64,000 bases of DNA from Magnetococcales bacterium (GTDB taxonomy: Bacteria; Pseudomonadota; Magnetococcia; Magnetococcales; JADFWT01), in the NCBI GenBank assembly GCA_015233785.1, contig JADFWT010000002.1, positions 2,598 to 66,597 on the forward strand, in the 5' to 3' direction. Positions 8,407-18,453 of this stretch are shown here, in pieces. The notes below the pieces were generated by a model that worked only from the letters and a program-made list of their open reading frames with translations, was not told where the DNA came from and did not search any database. Each line of letters opens with the position of its first letter. Within the stretch, counting starts at the first letter, position 1. The translations under genes and the position numbers were made by a program.

Positions 8407-11400
8407 TTATGGGTTTTTGGTTATGGAAGGGTTGATTTTAAAGCGTTCTTTGATCAGACAGGCCGCCATTTCCGCCTGAAGGCGATTGGCAAATGGTCCA
8501 GCATTAATGCGGATAAAACGCTTTTGTTGGGCGGTGACCCGGCTTACAAGGGGTTGAATGCCGATACGAATCAGATGTTGGCGCAGGTTATTGGCTCTCT
8601 GTCGATCGGTGAAACTGGCAAGGTGCAGTTGAACCCCTTTTCCGGCGCGAGTTGGTAGGAAAAGGGGGCGTGCTGGCCTTGGGGGTCTGCGGTCCAAGCG
8701 TTGGTCGGAGCCTGTTTTACCGGTGATGCGCAGTTTTTGACGTACCACGCAGTCGGCAATGACAGCATCACGGCGATTAAGGAACGGCCCGACATTAACT
8801 CGGATAAAGGTGCTCCCTTTAACCGTAGTTGGGTATTGGTAGGAGGGTAGTCCCATATTGCGAAGCTGTTTGCGCAGCTGTACTGCTCCAGAGTGATTGG
8901 AGAAGCTGGCCAACTGAATGGAGAGCGTCGAACCCGATGGAAGTTGGCGATTCGCTGCCTTTCTCACCTGGGGAAGAGCAGGTGTTGGAGGCTGGATCGC
9001 CTGTGTAGGTGGGCTCTGTCTGCGATTCGCTTGCCGTGGAGGTTGCGGTACTGGAGAGGGTTTGTCGGGCAGTGACTGGAGACGGGTATCGCTCAGGCTC
9101 AGCTCCTGTTCAATGATGCGCTGTGCCAACTGGGCATCTTCCAGTGAGGGAAACGGCCCTGCGGATATGCGGTGAAAGCGCCGCCCTTTGGAGCGCAGCA
9201 GATGGCGTAACGACGGCATGCCCAAAATCTCCAGTCGTTGCTGAAGTCGAACGGCACTTCTTTTATCGTTGTAGCTGGCCAGTTGAATCAGATGGCGCAC
9301 TGGTTTGCTGCTTCGGGATGCCGTTCGCACAGGGGGGCCGACCTTCGGTGGGGGCGGCTCTGGTCGGGCGTTGAGAATCTCTGTAGCGGTGGGGGGCGGC
9401 GGCATCAGACTCATGGCTGATTTGGGAGCCAATGTCAGGGAAGAAGCAGGTGCAGAGGGGATTGCTTCCGGAATTGTAATGGTAGAGGCCGACCTCTTCT
9501 CAGCCCTTCGCGCATCAGGGGCCGTCGTGGCAGGTGTCGGCAATGGGCCTTGATCATTGAGTAGATCGGACCAGGCTGGAACCGACCACTTCTCTTGGTT
9601 GGTTGATGTTTTACTCTTAGAGGGCGGAGCGGAGCGCTTGGTTGGTGGCTTCTCCTCAGCAAAGGTGGTCTGACTCCAGCGGTTGGGTAGTAGTGACTGA
9701 GCGGCTGCATCATCTGCCGGCTGCCGTTTTACCGACCAATCCGGCTTGTCATCCTCGCTGGGTGGGCTCCAGTCAAACCATTCATCGGGAAAGCCGGTTT
9801 CGGCCGTTTTAGTCCCCTTGTCCTCTTTCTGTGTACGTCTGGCTGACGCTGTTGTCTTGCGTTCACTCGGCGCGTCTGTCTCCTCGTCATCATCTGAAAA
9901 GAGTGAAGAGAGTTGGGAACCCAAATTGGCAAAAAAGCCACGTTTCTCTTCCGGTTGAGAGGGGGGTGGAGTGGTGGCCAATGGTTTGGGTGTGTGTTCG
10001 GTGGCTTCGCGGGTCTGTGAAGCACGTGCTTGGCTGGAGCGCTGGACCCTTTTAGCGCGCTGTTCGGCCTCCAAGTCCGCCTTGGTGATTGTGGTTATCT
10101 TGTTGGTTTGTGCCCCCTTGTTTTTGGCAGCCGACTCTTCCATCGCCCTGCGGAGCCATGGTGCTTCAATGGGGATCTCAACCGGAGGGCGCTCCGAGAT
10201 GGCTTCTGAGGGCTCCTCTCCTGGGGGTGGATCTGCCCACGATTCATCGATCTGGCCAGGGAAGTCATCCATGGCTTGGAGGTCCGCATCGTTTCGTGAA
10301 GAAGGTGGAGTTGGTTCACTCGATTCGGGTGTGAACGCAGGCGCAGGGCGTTCACTTGGCTTTTCTAAATCGTACGGTGTCTCGTTCTGGGCTAGCGTCT
10401 TTTGTGGCTGATCCATTGCAGCCATCTTCTGCCCAGCATCTGGTCTGATCACCGCATTGGGGTTTAGCTGCTCCCGATCCGCTGATTCAGATTTCTCAAC
10501 AGGGAGTATTGTTCCTTGTTTATTTAGCTTTTCCCACTCAATAGCGGGTGGGGGCGGGTTGATAGAGGCTGGATCAAGTTTGGAGGTTAGATCCAGATCG
10601 CTAAGATGGCCCGAGGGAAGCTTATCCACAACAGGGGCCGTTGGCGAAGGGCGTGCTTTTAGAGTGGAGCTGCTACCAGGACGGCCCATCGTGAGTCGTC
10701 GGGAGAGCTGGCCTGCAAACGAGAGCGATGTGGATGGTGAGAGTGTCGACAGCCCCTTGGGGAGGTGGTTGGCACCCCATGCCGGAAGCCCCCCATCTGC
10801 CCCGGTGGTTCTATCATTGGGTTGGTCAGGTGCCAATCCCAGTGGGGTCTTTTCTAGCGGTGCGGATGGTGCGCCGGCTGCGCTGCGGTCGGCACCAAGT
10901 CGGTCGAATCCTGCAGGATCCTCCGTTACGGACGGCTCCAGTGAGGTCTCTTGTTGATTATCCAAAGCGTGTTGTTGGGCTTTAGCCGCCTTTAGCTCTT
11001 CTTTGGTGGGACGTATGACCACCACGCTGAAGGTGCCGATATTCACCTTGGGCCCATTATCCACGCGATCCTTCACGGCCAGTAGCAACACCCCTTCAGG
11101 AAGTTTTCCCAGGATACCGCCCACAACGGTATACATATCCGGTCCCTGTGAGGCGTCGGCTCGCAGTGGGTTGAAGGGCAGATTAGCCACCAGTTTCTGG
11201 CGAAGGTCGAGAATATCGATGGAAATGTGATGCATTCCAGAGGTGAGGAATACCACATCCAGGTTGAAATAGCCCACACGCCCCGGCTGTTGAGCAACCA
11301 AGGCATTAACCAGCATCTCGGAGCGGGCTGCTCCCCGGGCCGCCCGGATCGGTTCGCGGGTGAAGTAGGCGTTGGTCAGATAGGCCGGTTGAGGAGGCTT

Positions 11401-11496
11401 GGCGCTCCAGGCTGGCGTTACCACACAGTAGAACAGCACCATCCAGAGTGGCCAGATGGTGGATCTTATCGGGAGCTGAGTCAGGCTCCAGAACAT
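8407..11496 (-). CDS. Large SPOR-domain (peptidoglycan-binding) protein with a long Pro/Ser/Thr/Glu-rich linker
   Basis: Three C-terminal SPOR-like repeats (HLIQLASYNDKRSAVRLQQRL..., LSIQLASFSNHSGAVQLRKQL..., VQLHLASFTDRQRANNLRQHL...). A ~600-aa low-complexity centre. The N-terminal signal-like MFWSLTQLPIRSTIWPLWMVLFYCVVTPAWSA suggests a start at 11496. The ORF-track start is a GTG at 11598, so the start is uncertain. Confidence 0.8.
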   Translation of the reverse strand: MFWSLTQLPIRSTIWPLWMVLFYCVVTPAWSAKPPQPAYLTNAYFTREPIRAARGAARSEMLVNALVAQQPGRVGYFNLDVVFLTSGMHHISIDILDLRQKLVANLPFNPLRADASQGPDMYTVVGGILGKLPEGVLLLAVKDRVDNGPKVNIGTFSVVVIRPTKEELKAAKAQQHALDNQQETSLEPSVTEDPAGFDRLGADRSAAGAPSAPLEKTPLGLAPDQPNDRTTGADGGLPAWGANHLPKGLSTLSPSTSLSFAGQLSRRLTMGRPGSSSTLKARPSPTAPVVDKLPSGHLSDLDLTSKLDPASINPPPPAIEWEKLNKQGTILPVEKSESADREQLNPNAVIRPDAGQKMAAMDQPQKTLAQNETPYDLEKPSERPAPAFTPESSEPTPPSSRNDADLQAMDDFPGQIDESWADPPPGEEPSEAISERPPVEIPIEAPWLRRAMEESAAKNKGAQTNKITTITKADLEAEQRAKRVQRSSQARASQTREATEHTPKPLATTPPPSQPEEKRGFFANLGSQLSSLFSDDDEETDAPSERKTTASARRTQKEDKGTKTAETGFPDEWFDWSPPSEDDKPDWSVKRQPADDAAAQSLLPNRWSQTTFAEEKPPTKRSAPPSKSKTSTNQEKWSVPAWSDLLNDQGPLPTPATTAPDARRAEKRSASTITIPEAIPSAPASSLTLAPKSAMSLMPPPPTATEILNARPEPPPPKVGPPVRTASRSSKPVRHLIQLASYNDKRSAVRLQQRLEILGMPSLRHLLRSKGRRFHRISAGPFPSLEDAQLAQRIIEQELSLSDTRLQSLPDKPSPVPQPPRQANRRQSPPTQAIQPPTPALPQVRKAANRQLPSGSTLSIQLASFSNHSGAVQLRKQLRNMGLPSYQYPTTVKGSTFIRVNVGPFLNRRDAVIADCVVRQKLRITGKTGSDQRLDRRPPRPARPLFLPTRAGKGVQLHLASFTDRQRANNLRQHLIRIGIQPLVSRVTAQQKRFIRINAGPFANRLQAEMAACLIKERFKINPSITKNP

Positions 11497-11773
11497 GGCG
11501 GGTCGCTGTAGAGGTCCGTCGCTATTTCTGGCTTCACGCACGGCCTTTTTTTCTGTCGAAAGTGGATAGGAGCGTTTGGGGTGTATTCTAAGCCCCACAG
11601 TAGAGTCGGTTCAAGGCATGACTACAGTATGGAGTTAAACGCAGGGTAGATATCGTACAATTTCTATTGTTAGGACGCTCAATCAGTGTTAAATCTTACG
11701 GATTGTGCTGAGTTTGACGGCGCGCATCGTGTCGTCTCTATCGTTGGGTTTGGCCGATGACAAGGAGCAGGTG

Positions 11774-12208
11774 ATGCCGACAGAAATGCAGATTCGGAGC
11801 CAGTTGCGCCATGTAGGGGTGAGCCGGCTGCATCGTGACCATGAGGGTTTGGTCGCGTTGATTATAACGTTCCATAGTACGGTAGGTGATCTGTTCAACC
11901 GGAGCCCAACGGCAAAAGATTGGTCGCGGATTGATTCCGTATTGGAGGACCTTTCCGACTACACTTTTCGCCATTTTCAGTATGAAGAACAGTTGATGGC
12001 CAAACATGGATATCCTCATTTGGCGGAGCATCGTGAACAGCATCGACAACTGGTCAGCCAGTTGGAAGGATTTCAGGATAAGATGCGGCGACGGGACGCA
12101 AAATTTTCGGTGGATATTGACTTCTTCCTGCTGGATTGGCTCTTCACGCACATCAATCGCTACGACATGAAATACAAAGATTTCTTTGAACAGAAGGGTG
12201 TTTCTTGA
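11774..12208 (+). CDS. Bacteriohemerythrin-like protein
   Basis: His/Glu/Asp iron-ligand pattern: HRDHEGLV, FRHFQYEEQLM, HLAEHREQHRQL, LLDWLFTHINRYDMKY. AAGGAG at 11762-11767 lies 6 nt upstream of the ATG at 11774, so the ORF-track start at 11705 is probably too early. Confidence 0.85.
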   Translation: MPTEMQIRSQLRHVGVSRLHRDHEGLVALIITFHSTVGDLFNRSPTAKDWSRIDSVLEDLSDYTFRHFQYEEQLMAKHGYPHLAEHREQHRQLVSQLEGFQDKMRRRDAKFSVDIDFFLLDWLFTHINRYDMKYKDFFEQKGVS

Positions 12209-12225
12209 GGAATTGAAATTCGTTC

Positions 12226-12281
12226 AAAAAAGCCCGCCAAACCATGCACGCAATGGGTGCATGGTTTGGCGGGCTGTTTTT
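12226..12281. terminator. Bidirectional rho-independent terminator
   Basis: A perfect 19-bp stem, agcccgccaaaccatgcac (12231-12249) with gtgcatggtttggcgggct (12257-12275). It is flanked by aaaaa upstream and gttttt downstream, between convergent genes. Confidence 0.9.
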
Positions 12282-12297
12282 GTACCGGGCAGGACGC

Positions 12298-12759
12298 TTA
12301 GGGGCTCTTTCTTTTCCGGGATTCGGTCAACTTGGCCCCAAGACCGGCATCCATGGCCAGTCGCCGTCTCTTTTCAGAGTAGGAGGGGGCCACAATAGGA
12401 AAGTCCTTCTTTAATTTGAACATTTTCCTGTAGGAAATCACATCCACGCCATGGGTGCGACTCAGATGACCTTTGAGTGCCTTCATCGGCTTGCCGCAGA
12501 TCAGGCAGGTCACAGTGTCATGACTCACTGCCTTTTTGGGATCCACAGCGGGTGTTGGATGCATTTGCGGTCCAGCCGCCTGCTGGATGGCATTGAGGTT
12601 TGAGTGGTTGGCTGGATAGAGGGCGGGAGCGGATTGGCTCTCCAGTTTTAGTAGCCGGTTATGGATGGACTCCATAAAACTTGGAATTTCATCCATGGCA
12701 ATTTTATTTTTCGAAACATACGCTTCTACAATTTTTGCAGTATGGTTTGTCAAAGACAT
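12298..12759 (-). CDS. Ros/MucR-family zinc-finger transcriptional regulator (full length)
   Basis: N-terminal oligomerisation-type region plus CLICGKPMKALKGHLSRTH (CxxC...HxxxxH) and the basic tail SYSEKRRRLAMDAGLG. Confidence 0.9.
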   Translation of the reverse strand: MSLTNHTAKIVEAYVSKNKIAMDEIPSFMESIHNRLLKLESQSAPALYPANHSNLNAIQQAAGPQMHPTPAVDPKKAVSHDTVTCLICGKPMKALKGHLSRTHGVDVISYRKMFKLKKDFPIVAPSYSEKRRRLAMDAGLGAKLTESRKRKSP

Positions 12760-13087
12760 TGTTTTTATTATCCTCCCCGGAACATCTGGACCAAGTGTAA
12801 ATCACTTGTGAGCATTATGATTCATTGGGATGGAGGCGAAAAGGATATTTCATGAACAAGTTTCAATTTCTTGCTGAAGGGGCCAAAAAAAGCCGGTAAA
12901 ACGGGGTTCAAAATAGGGACTATTATTTTGATAGTGATTGAAGAAACAGGCTTTTTTAAAAATAGAGGGAAAGAGAGGAGAGATGAAGGGTGTTATCGGA
13001 ACAAAACGCCTTTCACCCTGGGGTTATTCATTGGAAACCTCATTCCGGCATGTTTCGGGGGCCGAAAGACGCCAATGTCCACAGGCT

Positions 13088-13351
13088 CTATAACTGGGAG
13101 TACTCCTGTTTGGGAATGGACATCACCACCGACACCAGAGGCCAGAATATTAGCGCAGTGCCCGATAGACCCAGGGCGGTGACCACCACCACAAGTGGGT
13201 GCACATGGCGACGTGTCGCCTCCACGGAGACCCAATCCACCATCCAATCGGCCACAGAATAGGCCGGGAAGGTAGCCCGTTGAGTCAGCAGATTCATGGT
13301 GATGACACCGACGATCAGGTAGGCAGCTGCTATAAAGACATTGGTTAACAT
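13088..13351 (-). CDS. Small membrane protein (87 aa, two hydrophobic segments)
   Basis: Hydrophobic stretches NVFIAAAYLIVGVITMNLL and PLVVVVTALGLSGTALIFWPLVSVV. It lies downstream of 13405..13656 on the same strand. The RBS is weak. Confidence 0.45.
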   Translation of the reverse strand: MLTNVFIAAAYLIVGVITMNLLTQRATFPAYSVADWMVDWVSVEATRRHVHPLVVVVTALGLSGTALIFWPLVSVVMSIPKQEYSQL

Positions 13352-13404
13352 AGGGTTCCGTTACTCCATCCATACTGGAGGTGGCATAAGGGTGTTATGG
13401 CTCA

Positions 13405-13656
13405 TCACACGGCTGGCGCTTGGGGCACCATGCTGGAGGCCATTTTGCGCATGGCTGCCTGGGAGATGGTAATGCGATAGGCACCGGCAGTTTCACGCGT
13501 GGCAGAGGCCACATCCTTAAAGGCGCGCGCGGTACGATCCTCAGAAAATTTATGAGGCGTATCGACCGGCGCGTGATCCTGTTTCTGACGTCGCATTCCG
13601 GTGGCACCTTGCATGGCGCGGTTGGCGACGTAACGGGAAACGCTGTAGATGCTCAT
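13405..13656 (-). CDS. Hypothetical 83-aa protein
   Basis: A strong AGGAG lies 6 nt upstream of the ATG (reverse complement of 13657-13675). I recognise no family. Confidence 0.5.
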   Translation of the reverse strand: MSIYSVSRYVANRAMQGATGMRRQKQDHAPVDTPHKFSEDRTARAFKDVASATRETAGAYRITISQAAMRKMASSMVPQAPAV

Positions 13657-13951
13657 CGGTCTGCTCCTAAACGCTTGGCGTGCTTCGCTTGGCCGTAGCC
13701 AAGATGTTGAACTGTTCGTGATCTCTTGTCTTTCTATATAAGCAACGGACGTGCCAATCTACAAAAACCGTCGTAGGGACTGTCTTGACGAGCTTTTTTG
13801 CCAGTTGCCGTGCAGCGGGTTGCAGGGCAGAAACTGCCCGGAATGGGAGCGATCCGGCAATTTTTCCGGGGCGTTGCAAACCTCGCTTATGGCATGATTC
13901 CGCTCCAGGATGGCAGGGGGCTAAGGCGTGTGGAGAGTGGGAAAAGGGCAG

Positions 13952-16405
13952 ATGACAAGATATGAAAAGAAGCAAGATGCCTCGGGGCTTGCGCACCAGA
14001 TGCAGCAGGCCGTGCAGCTTCATCAGGCGGGGCGGCTGCCGGAAGCGGAGGTCATCTACCGGCAGGTGTTGGCTTTGGCTCCTGATCATATAGATGCCCT
14101 GCGGCTTATGGGAGCGGCCACGTTGCAGCAGGGGCGGTCTCATGAGGCAAAGGGTTGGATTGAGCAAGCATTAAGCCTCAATCCCGATTTGGTGGAGGAG
14201 CAGTACCATCTTGGTTTGGCATGGGCCGGCTTAGGGGATGGTGTCAGGGCTGAGTCGGCCTTTCGCCGGGCGTTGCAGTTGCAGGGGGATTTTGTCCCGG
14301 CTTGGGGAGGGTTGGGGGATCTCTATAGAGCTGCTGGGGCGCTCTTCGAGGCGCGTGATGCTTACCTGGAGGCGCTCTCTCTGCAACCGAACCAATGGGC
14401 GGTATTGAGCAATCTTGGCAGTGTTCATCAGGGGTTGGGGGATTTTGAGGCGGCCATAGAGTGCTTCCGGAAGGTATTGGTGCAGGATCCCCATCAGATG
14501 GCGGCCCATTTCAATCTTGGCAATGCACTACGTGCCATAGCGCACCCTGAGGCGGCTATTGCTCACTATCGGAAGGCCGAAACGTTGGCCCCGGATTTGG
14601 CTGCTATCCCCAATAATTTGGGCCATGTCCTCTGGGAGGTTGGGGCGCTGCAAGAGGCGGAAACCGTGTTGTGTAGGGCCCTTGCATTGGCTCCGAATGA
14701 TGCGGAGATTCATAATAATCTGGCTGCCGTCTATACCGATCTGCGCCAATTGGAGGCAGCAAAGCGGCATGCGCAACAGGCATTGGCTATCAGCCCAGAG
14801 TATGCTGCGGCTCATAGCAATCTGGGTAGCATTCTGCGGGAGTTGGGTGATCATGAAGAGGCGTTGACACACCATCAGCGGGCTCTGGCGTTGGCACCTG
14901 AGATTCCACAGTATCTGAATAACATGGGTACGGCGTTACGGGAGTTGGGCCGTTTGGATGAGGCGGCACACCATCTGAGGCAGGCTTTGCTGCTGGATCC
15001 AGAGTATGCTGCGGCTCATAGCAATCTGGCCAGTGTTTACCGGGATCAGGGGCGTATGGAGCAGGCGCGGGTTCTGTACGAAAAGGGGCTGCGTCTAAAG
15101 AGTGACTTCGGCATGGTGAAAAATCTCATCACCACGCTACTGCATCTGCCGGGTTTGCCGTTGGATGCGCTCTATCAGGCGGCAGAGCGTTATGTGACGA
15201 GGTGTATTGAGCCATCTTGCAGCGTCCAGGCTGGGCAGAACGCTGCTGGGGATTGGTGTTCAGAGTCCCCGGTAAAAGCAAGACTCAAGATTGGCTACCT
15301 CTCCTCAGATTTCCGCCAGCATCCGGTGGGGCACAATATTCTCCCACTTTTGATGCATCATGATCCAAACAAGGTGGAGCTGTTTTGCTATGCGGAGCTG
15401 CCGAGCGGGTCGGATGATATGACAGCCCGCTTTCAGAGTGTCGCCCACCACTGGCGTGCTACCGAAGGACTGACCGATGCGCAGGTGGCGGAGCAGATTC
15501 GTTCCGATAGGGTCGATATCATGGTCTATTTGGCGGGTCTGTTTGATGCCAACCGGGTCTTGATTGCGGCTTACGGTCCGGCCCCGGTCCAGGTGAGTTT
15601 TCATAATGGCACCAGCACAGCGCTTAAGGCCATGGACTACTGGCTTACCGACGGTTATCTGCATCCCACTGGACAGAGCCGTGAACAGTTTAGTGAGCGA
15701 CTTGTTCGTCTGCCCAACTTCTACTGCTATCCGGGGGTTCATGACGCTCCGGAGCCCGGCACGCCGCCCGTGGACGAGAACGGCTATGTCACCTTTGGTT
15801 CGTTCAATAACCCAGCCAAGATCAATTCGGTGGTGATTGCTCTTTGGTCGAAGATTCTTCGGGCGCTTCCCGCAGCGCGGTTGATGTTGAAATATCGTCA
15901 TCTGCTGGGAGATGCTGGTTTGCGCCGTAGGGTTATTGAGCAGTTTTCCGAGCATGGGGTGGAGGCCAAGCGACTGATTCTACCCAGCGCCAAAGAGAGC
16001 TTCAGGGCGCACATGGCCCGTTATCATCAGATGGATATTGCCCTTGATCCGTTTCCTTTCAATGGAGCCACCACCACCTTCCAGGCCCTCTGGATGGGGG
16101 TGCCGGTGGTGACGTTGGCCGGGGAGGGGTTCATCAGTCGGGCGGCCGGCAGTATGGTGCGGCATGTTGCCCCGGATCTGGTGGTACAGGATGAGCGTGC
16201 CTATGTGGCGCAGGCGGTGGCACTCGCCGGAAATTCGATGCGGTTGCGGAGTTTACGTGGCTCGTTGCGGTCATCATTGCTGAATTCACCGCTTTGCGAT
16301 GGCCCCGGATACGCCCGTAGCATAGAGTCGGCCTTCCAGGAGATGTGGCGAGCGCATGTGGCCCAGAAGCATGGCGCACAAGAACAGGATATGGAGAGAT
16401 CATGA
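13952..16405 (+). CDS. TPR-repeat / GT41-like glycosyltransferase, paralog 2
   Basis: About 10 TPRs, then LKIGYLSSDFRQHPVGHN, DIMVYLAGLFDANR, NGYVTFGSFNNPAKI and LDPFPFNGATTTFQALWMGVPVV. The start may be GTG 13928 (ORF track) or ATG 13952. Confidence 0.85.
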   Translation: MTRYEKKQDASGLAHQMQQAVQLHQAGRLPEAEVIYRQVLALAPDHIDALRLMGAATLQQGRSHEAKGWIEQALSLNPDLVEEQYHLGLAWAGLGDGVRAESAFRRALQLQGDFVPAWGGLGDLYRAAGALFEARDAYLEALSLQPNQWAVLSNLGSVHQGLGDFEAAIECFRKVLVQDPHQMAAHFNLGNALRAIAHPEAAIAHYRKAETLAPDLAAIPNNLGHVLWEVGALQEAETVLCRALALAPNDAEIHNNLAAVYTDLRQLEAAKRHAQQALAISPEYAAAHSNLGSILRELGDHEEALTHHQRALALAPEIPQYLNNMGTALRELGRLDEAAHHLRQALLLDPEYAAAHSNLASVYRDQGRMEQARVLYEKGLRLKSDFGMVKNLITTLLHLPGLPLDALYQAAERYVTRCIEPSCSVQAGQNAAGDWCSESPVKARLKIGYLSSDFRQHPVGHNILPLLMHHDPNKVELFCYAELPSGSDDMTARFQSVAHHWRATEGLTDAQVAEQIRSDRVDIMVYLAGLFDANRVLIAAYGPAPVQVSFHNGTSTALKAMDYWLTDGYLHPTGQSREQFSERLVRLPNFYCYPGVHDAPEPGTPPVDENGYVTFGSFNNPAKINSVVIALWSKILRALPAARLMLKYRHLLGDAGLRRRVIEQFSEHGVEAKRLILPSAKESFRAHMARYHQMDIALDPFPFNGATTTFQALWMGVPVVTLAGEGFISRAAGSMVRHVAPDLVVQDERAYVAQAVALAGNSMRLRSLRGSLRSSLLNSPLCDGPGYARSIESAFQEMWRAHVAQKHGAQEQDMERS

Positions 16406-17907
16406 GCGATCAGCAGGTATCCATCGAGCAGGCATTTCAGTGGGCGGTGCGGCATCATCAGAATGGGGCCTTGGAGCCTGCCGAGGCACTCTATCGCCAG
16501 ATTATCGAGGCGATGCCGAACCATCTGCACGCTATTCACAACTTATCGATTCTACTGCGGGCATCCGGTCGGTTGGAAGGGGCTGTTGAACTGCTCAAGC
16601 GTGTTGTGGCTCTCAAGCCGGAGGTGGCGGAGTATCACAACACCTTGGGGGTGGTTTTGGGGGATTTAGGCCAACTGGAGCTGGCCGAAGCTGCCTTTGG
16701 TCAAGCGGTATCACTCAATCCCAAAGATGCCCAAGCCCACTTCAACCAGGGGGTCTACCGTCGGGCACAGGGGGCTTTGGAGGGTGCGTTAACCAGTTTT
16801 GAGCGGGTGCTGGAGCTGCGACCGGATGATCTGGAGGCCCGTTTGCAGCGTGGATTGGTGTGCCAGGGGCTGGAGAGGATGGATGTGGCCCGTGAAGATA
16901 TTGAAGCGGTTCTGGCCCAGCATCCCGAGCATGTGGAAGCCCTGACATCATTAGGGACACTCCATCACCTTCAGGGAGATTTGGAGCAGGCTGAAAAGTG
17001 CCATCGGCAGGCTCTAAAGAGTGATCCGAATGCCTTGGAGTCACAACGTAATTTGGGGTTGATCTGCCATGCCCAGCAGCGCACTGAGGAGGCGGAAGCC
17101 TGTTTTCAGCGGGTAGCGGAACTGGCGCCCAACGATGTGGGGTCGCGTCTGGAGTTGGGACGCATGTTGATCCTGGAGGGGCGATTTCAGGAGGCGCTTG
17201 GGCCACTTCGGCGGGTGGTAACCTTGGCTCCTCAAATGAAGGAGGCGTGGCAGTTGTTGGCGGTGGTGGTGTCGGTGATCTCTTTTCCAACCCTGGATGA
17301 GAGCATGTTGATTGATCTGTTGCGGCTTCTGGCCCAACCATCGGTGGATCCGTCCACGCTCTCTCGCTCCATTTATGGGACGCTGGCCTACGATGATGAA
17401 TTGGCACCGCTGTTAACCGCTATGGAGAAAGAGGGCGTTCTACCGGAGGATCTCGATCTGGATGCGCTACTGGAGAAGCTGGCATGCAATCCGTTATTGA
17501 CGCGCATGTTGACCCTGACGGCCTTGGAGAATCAACCGTTGGAGGGGTTGTTTAATCATCTTAGACGCCTCCTGCTGGGGAGGGTGGAACAGGGATGGAT
17601 GGGGGAGGCGTCAGGGCTGCCGTTTTTGGTAGCTCTGGCCATTCAGGCCCATATTCAGGGTCACCCCAATCCGCCGGGGTCAGAAGAGCAGGTCATCTTG
17701 GCGTGGATGCAAAATGAGATGGCCAAGCGTTTGGATAATTCAGGAGAGATTCCGCCCACTTGGTTGACGGTGTTAGCTATTTATGGGGCGATGAATGATT
17801 TGCCAATGTTGGATGATCTGCGTCGCCAAAGCTGGCCTGAGTCGTTGACACCTCTCTGGAGCCAGCAGTTGGGTGAGGTGCCCATGGTATCGGAGCAGGT
17901 TCACTGA
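16402..17907 (+). CDS. TPR-repeat protein without a catalytic domain, translationally coupled to the upstream GT41 gene
   Basis: The ATG at 16402-16404 overlaps the upstream TGA at 16403-16405 (cATGAgc). The protein has 7-8 TPRs followed by a ~230-aa domain I do not recognise. Confidence 0.75.
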   Translation: MSDQQVSIEQAFQWAVRHHQNGALEPAEALYRQIIEAMPNHLHAIHNLSILLRASGRLEGAVELLKRVVALKPEVAEYHNTLGVVLGDLGQLELAEAAFGQAVSLNPKDAQAHFNQGVYRRAQGALEGALTSFERVLELRPDDLEARLQRGLVCQGLERMDVAREDIEAVLAQHPEHVEALTSLGTLHHLQGDLEQAEKCHRQALKSDPNALESQRNLGLICHAQQRTEEAEACFQRVAELAPNDVGSRLELGRMLILEGRFQEALGPLRRVVTLAPQMKEAWQLLAVVVSVISFPTLDESMLIDLLRLLAQPSVDPSTLSRSIYGTLAYDDELAPLLTAMEKEGVLPEDLDLDALLEKLACNPLLTRMLTLTALENQPLEGLFNHLRRLLLGRVEQGWMGEASGLPFLVALAIQAHIQGHPNPPGSEEQVILAWMQNEMAKRLDNSGEIPPTWLTVLAIYGAMNDLPMLDDLRRQSWPESLTPLWSQQLGEVPMVSEQVH

Positions 17908-17925
17908 GCCAGGCCGTCAAAAGTG

Positions 17926-18453
17926 CTATTCCACACCACGGGATTGGCGGCGAATGTGATTGATCTCCTCTGGGTCGATGCCCAGGGACTCCAGAAAATC
18001 TTGATGCGCCTCTGGGGCGTCGGCCTCGAACAGGGCGTGCCAGTTCTCTTTGGCTTTGTCATCCATCCCAGCGCCATCCAGCATGGCCACCCAGCGCTCT
18101 TTATCCATGGTGCGCGCTGTGGAGGCGGCCTGTTGGCTCTTCATTTGGCCGATAATATGCCGCTGCTGACGGCGGCAATGGGCAATCTCTTGGTTGAGTT
18201 GTATCAGGCGCTCTTGTAGAGAGGCATTCAATTCGCTCTCCGGGCTATCCAGCAACTCTCGAATAGCCGCCAGCGAGAGCCCAGACTCCCGTAACGTCAT
18301 GATGCGTGTCATGCGCTGAAACGCCTGTTCGGAGTAGAGTCGGTAGTTGGCGCTGCTGCGTAACGACGGCGTCAGAAGGCCAATGCGATCATAGTAGAGC
18401 AGCGTCGTTCTGGAGAGGCCGAACCGACGTGCCATGCGCCCAATGGTCCACAT
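17926..18453 (-). CDS. MerR-family transcriptional regulator with a C-terminal WHxLFE...HQxFL domain
   Basis: MerR HTH: WTIGRMARRFGLSRTTLLYYDRIGLLTPSLRSSANYRLYS. The C-terminal ~60 aa are paralogous to the adjacent small ORF. Confidence 0.9.
   Translation of the reverse strand: MWTIGRMARRFGLSRTTLLYYDRIGLLTPSLRSSANYRLYSEQAFQRMTRIMTLRESGLSLAAIRELLDSPESELNASLQERLIQLNQEIAHCRRQQRHIIGQMKSQQAASTARTMDKERWVAMLDGAGMDDKAKENWHALFEADAPEAHQDFLESLGIDPEEINHIRRQSRGVE

Noticed and set aside
13405-13656. Possible FlgM-like anti-sigma factor (segment ITISQAAMRKM resembles the FlgM ...VTLSDAQAKLM)
   Set aside because: The similarity is limited to one short segment. No flagellar or sigma-factor genes are nearby. 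I left it as hypothetical.
16742-17407. 221-aa Pro-rich - strand ORF
   Set aside because: It is antisense to a well-formed TPR protein. Its extreme Pro/Ala/Thr composition is typical of a GC-rich shadow frame.
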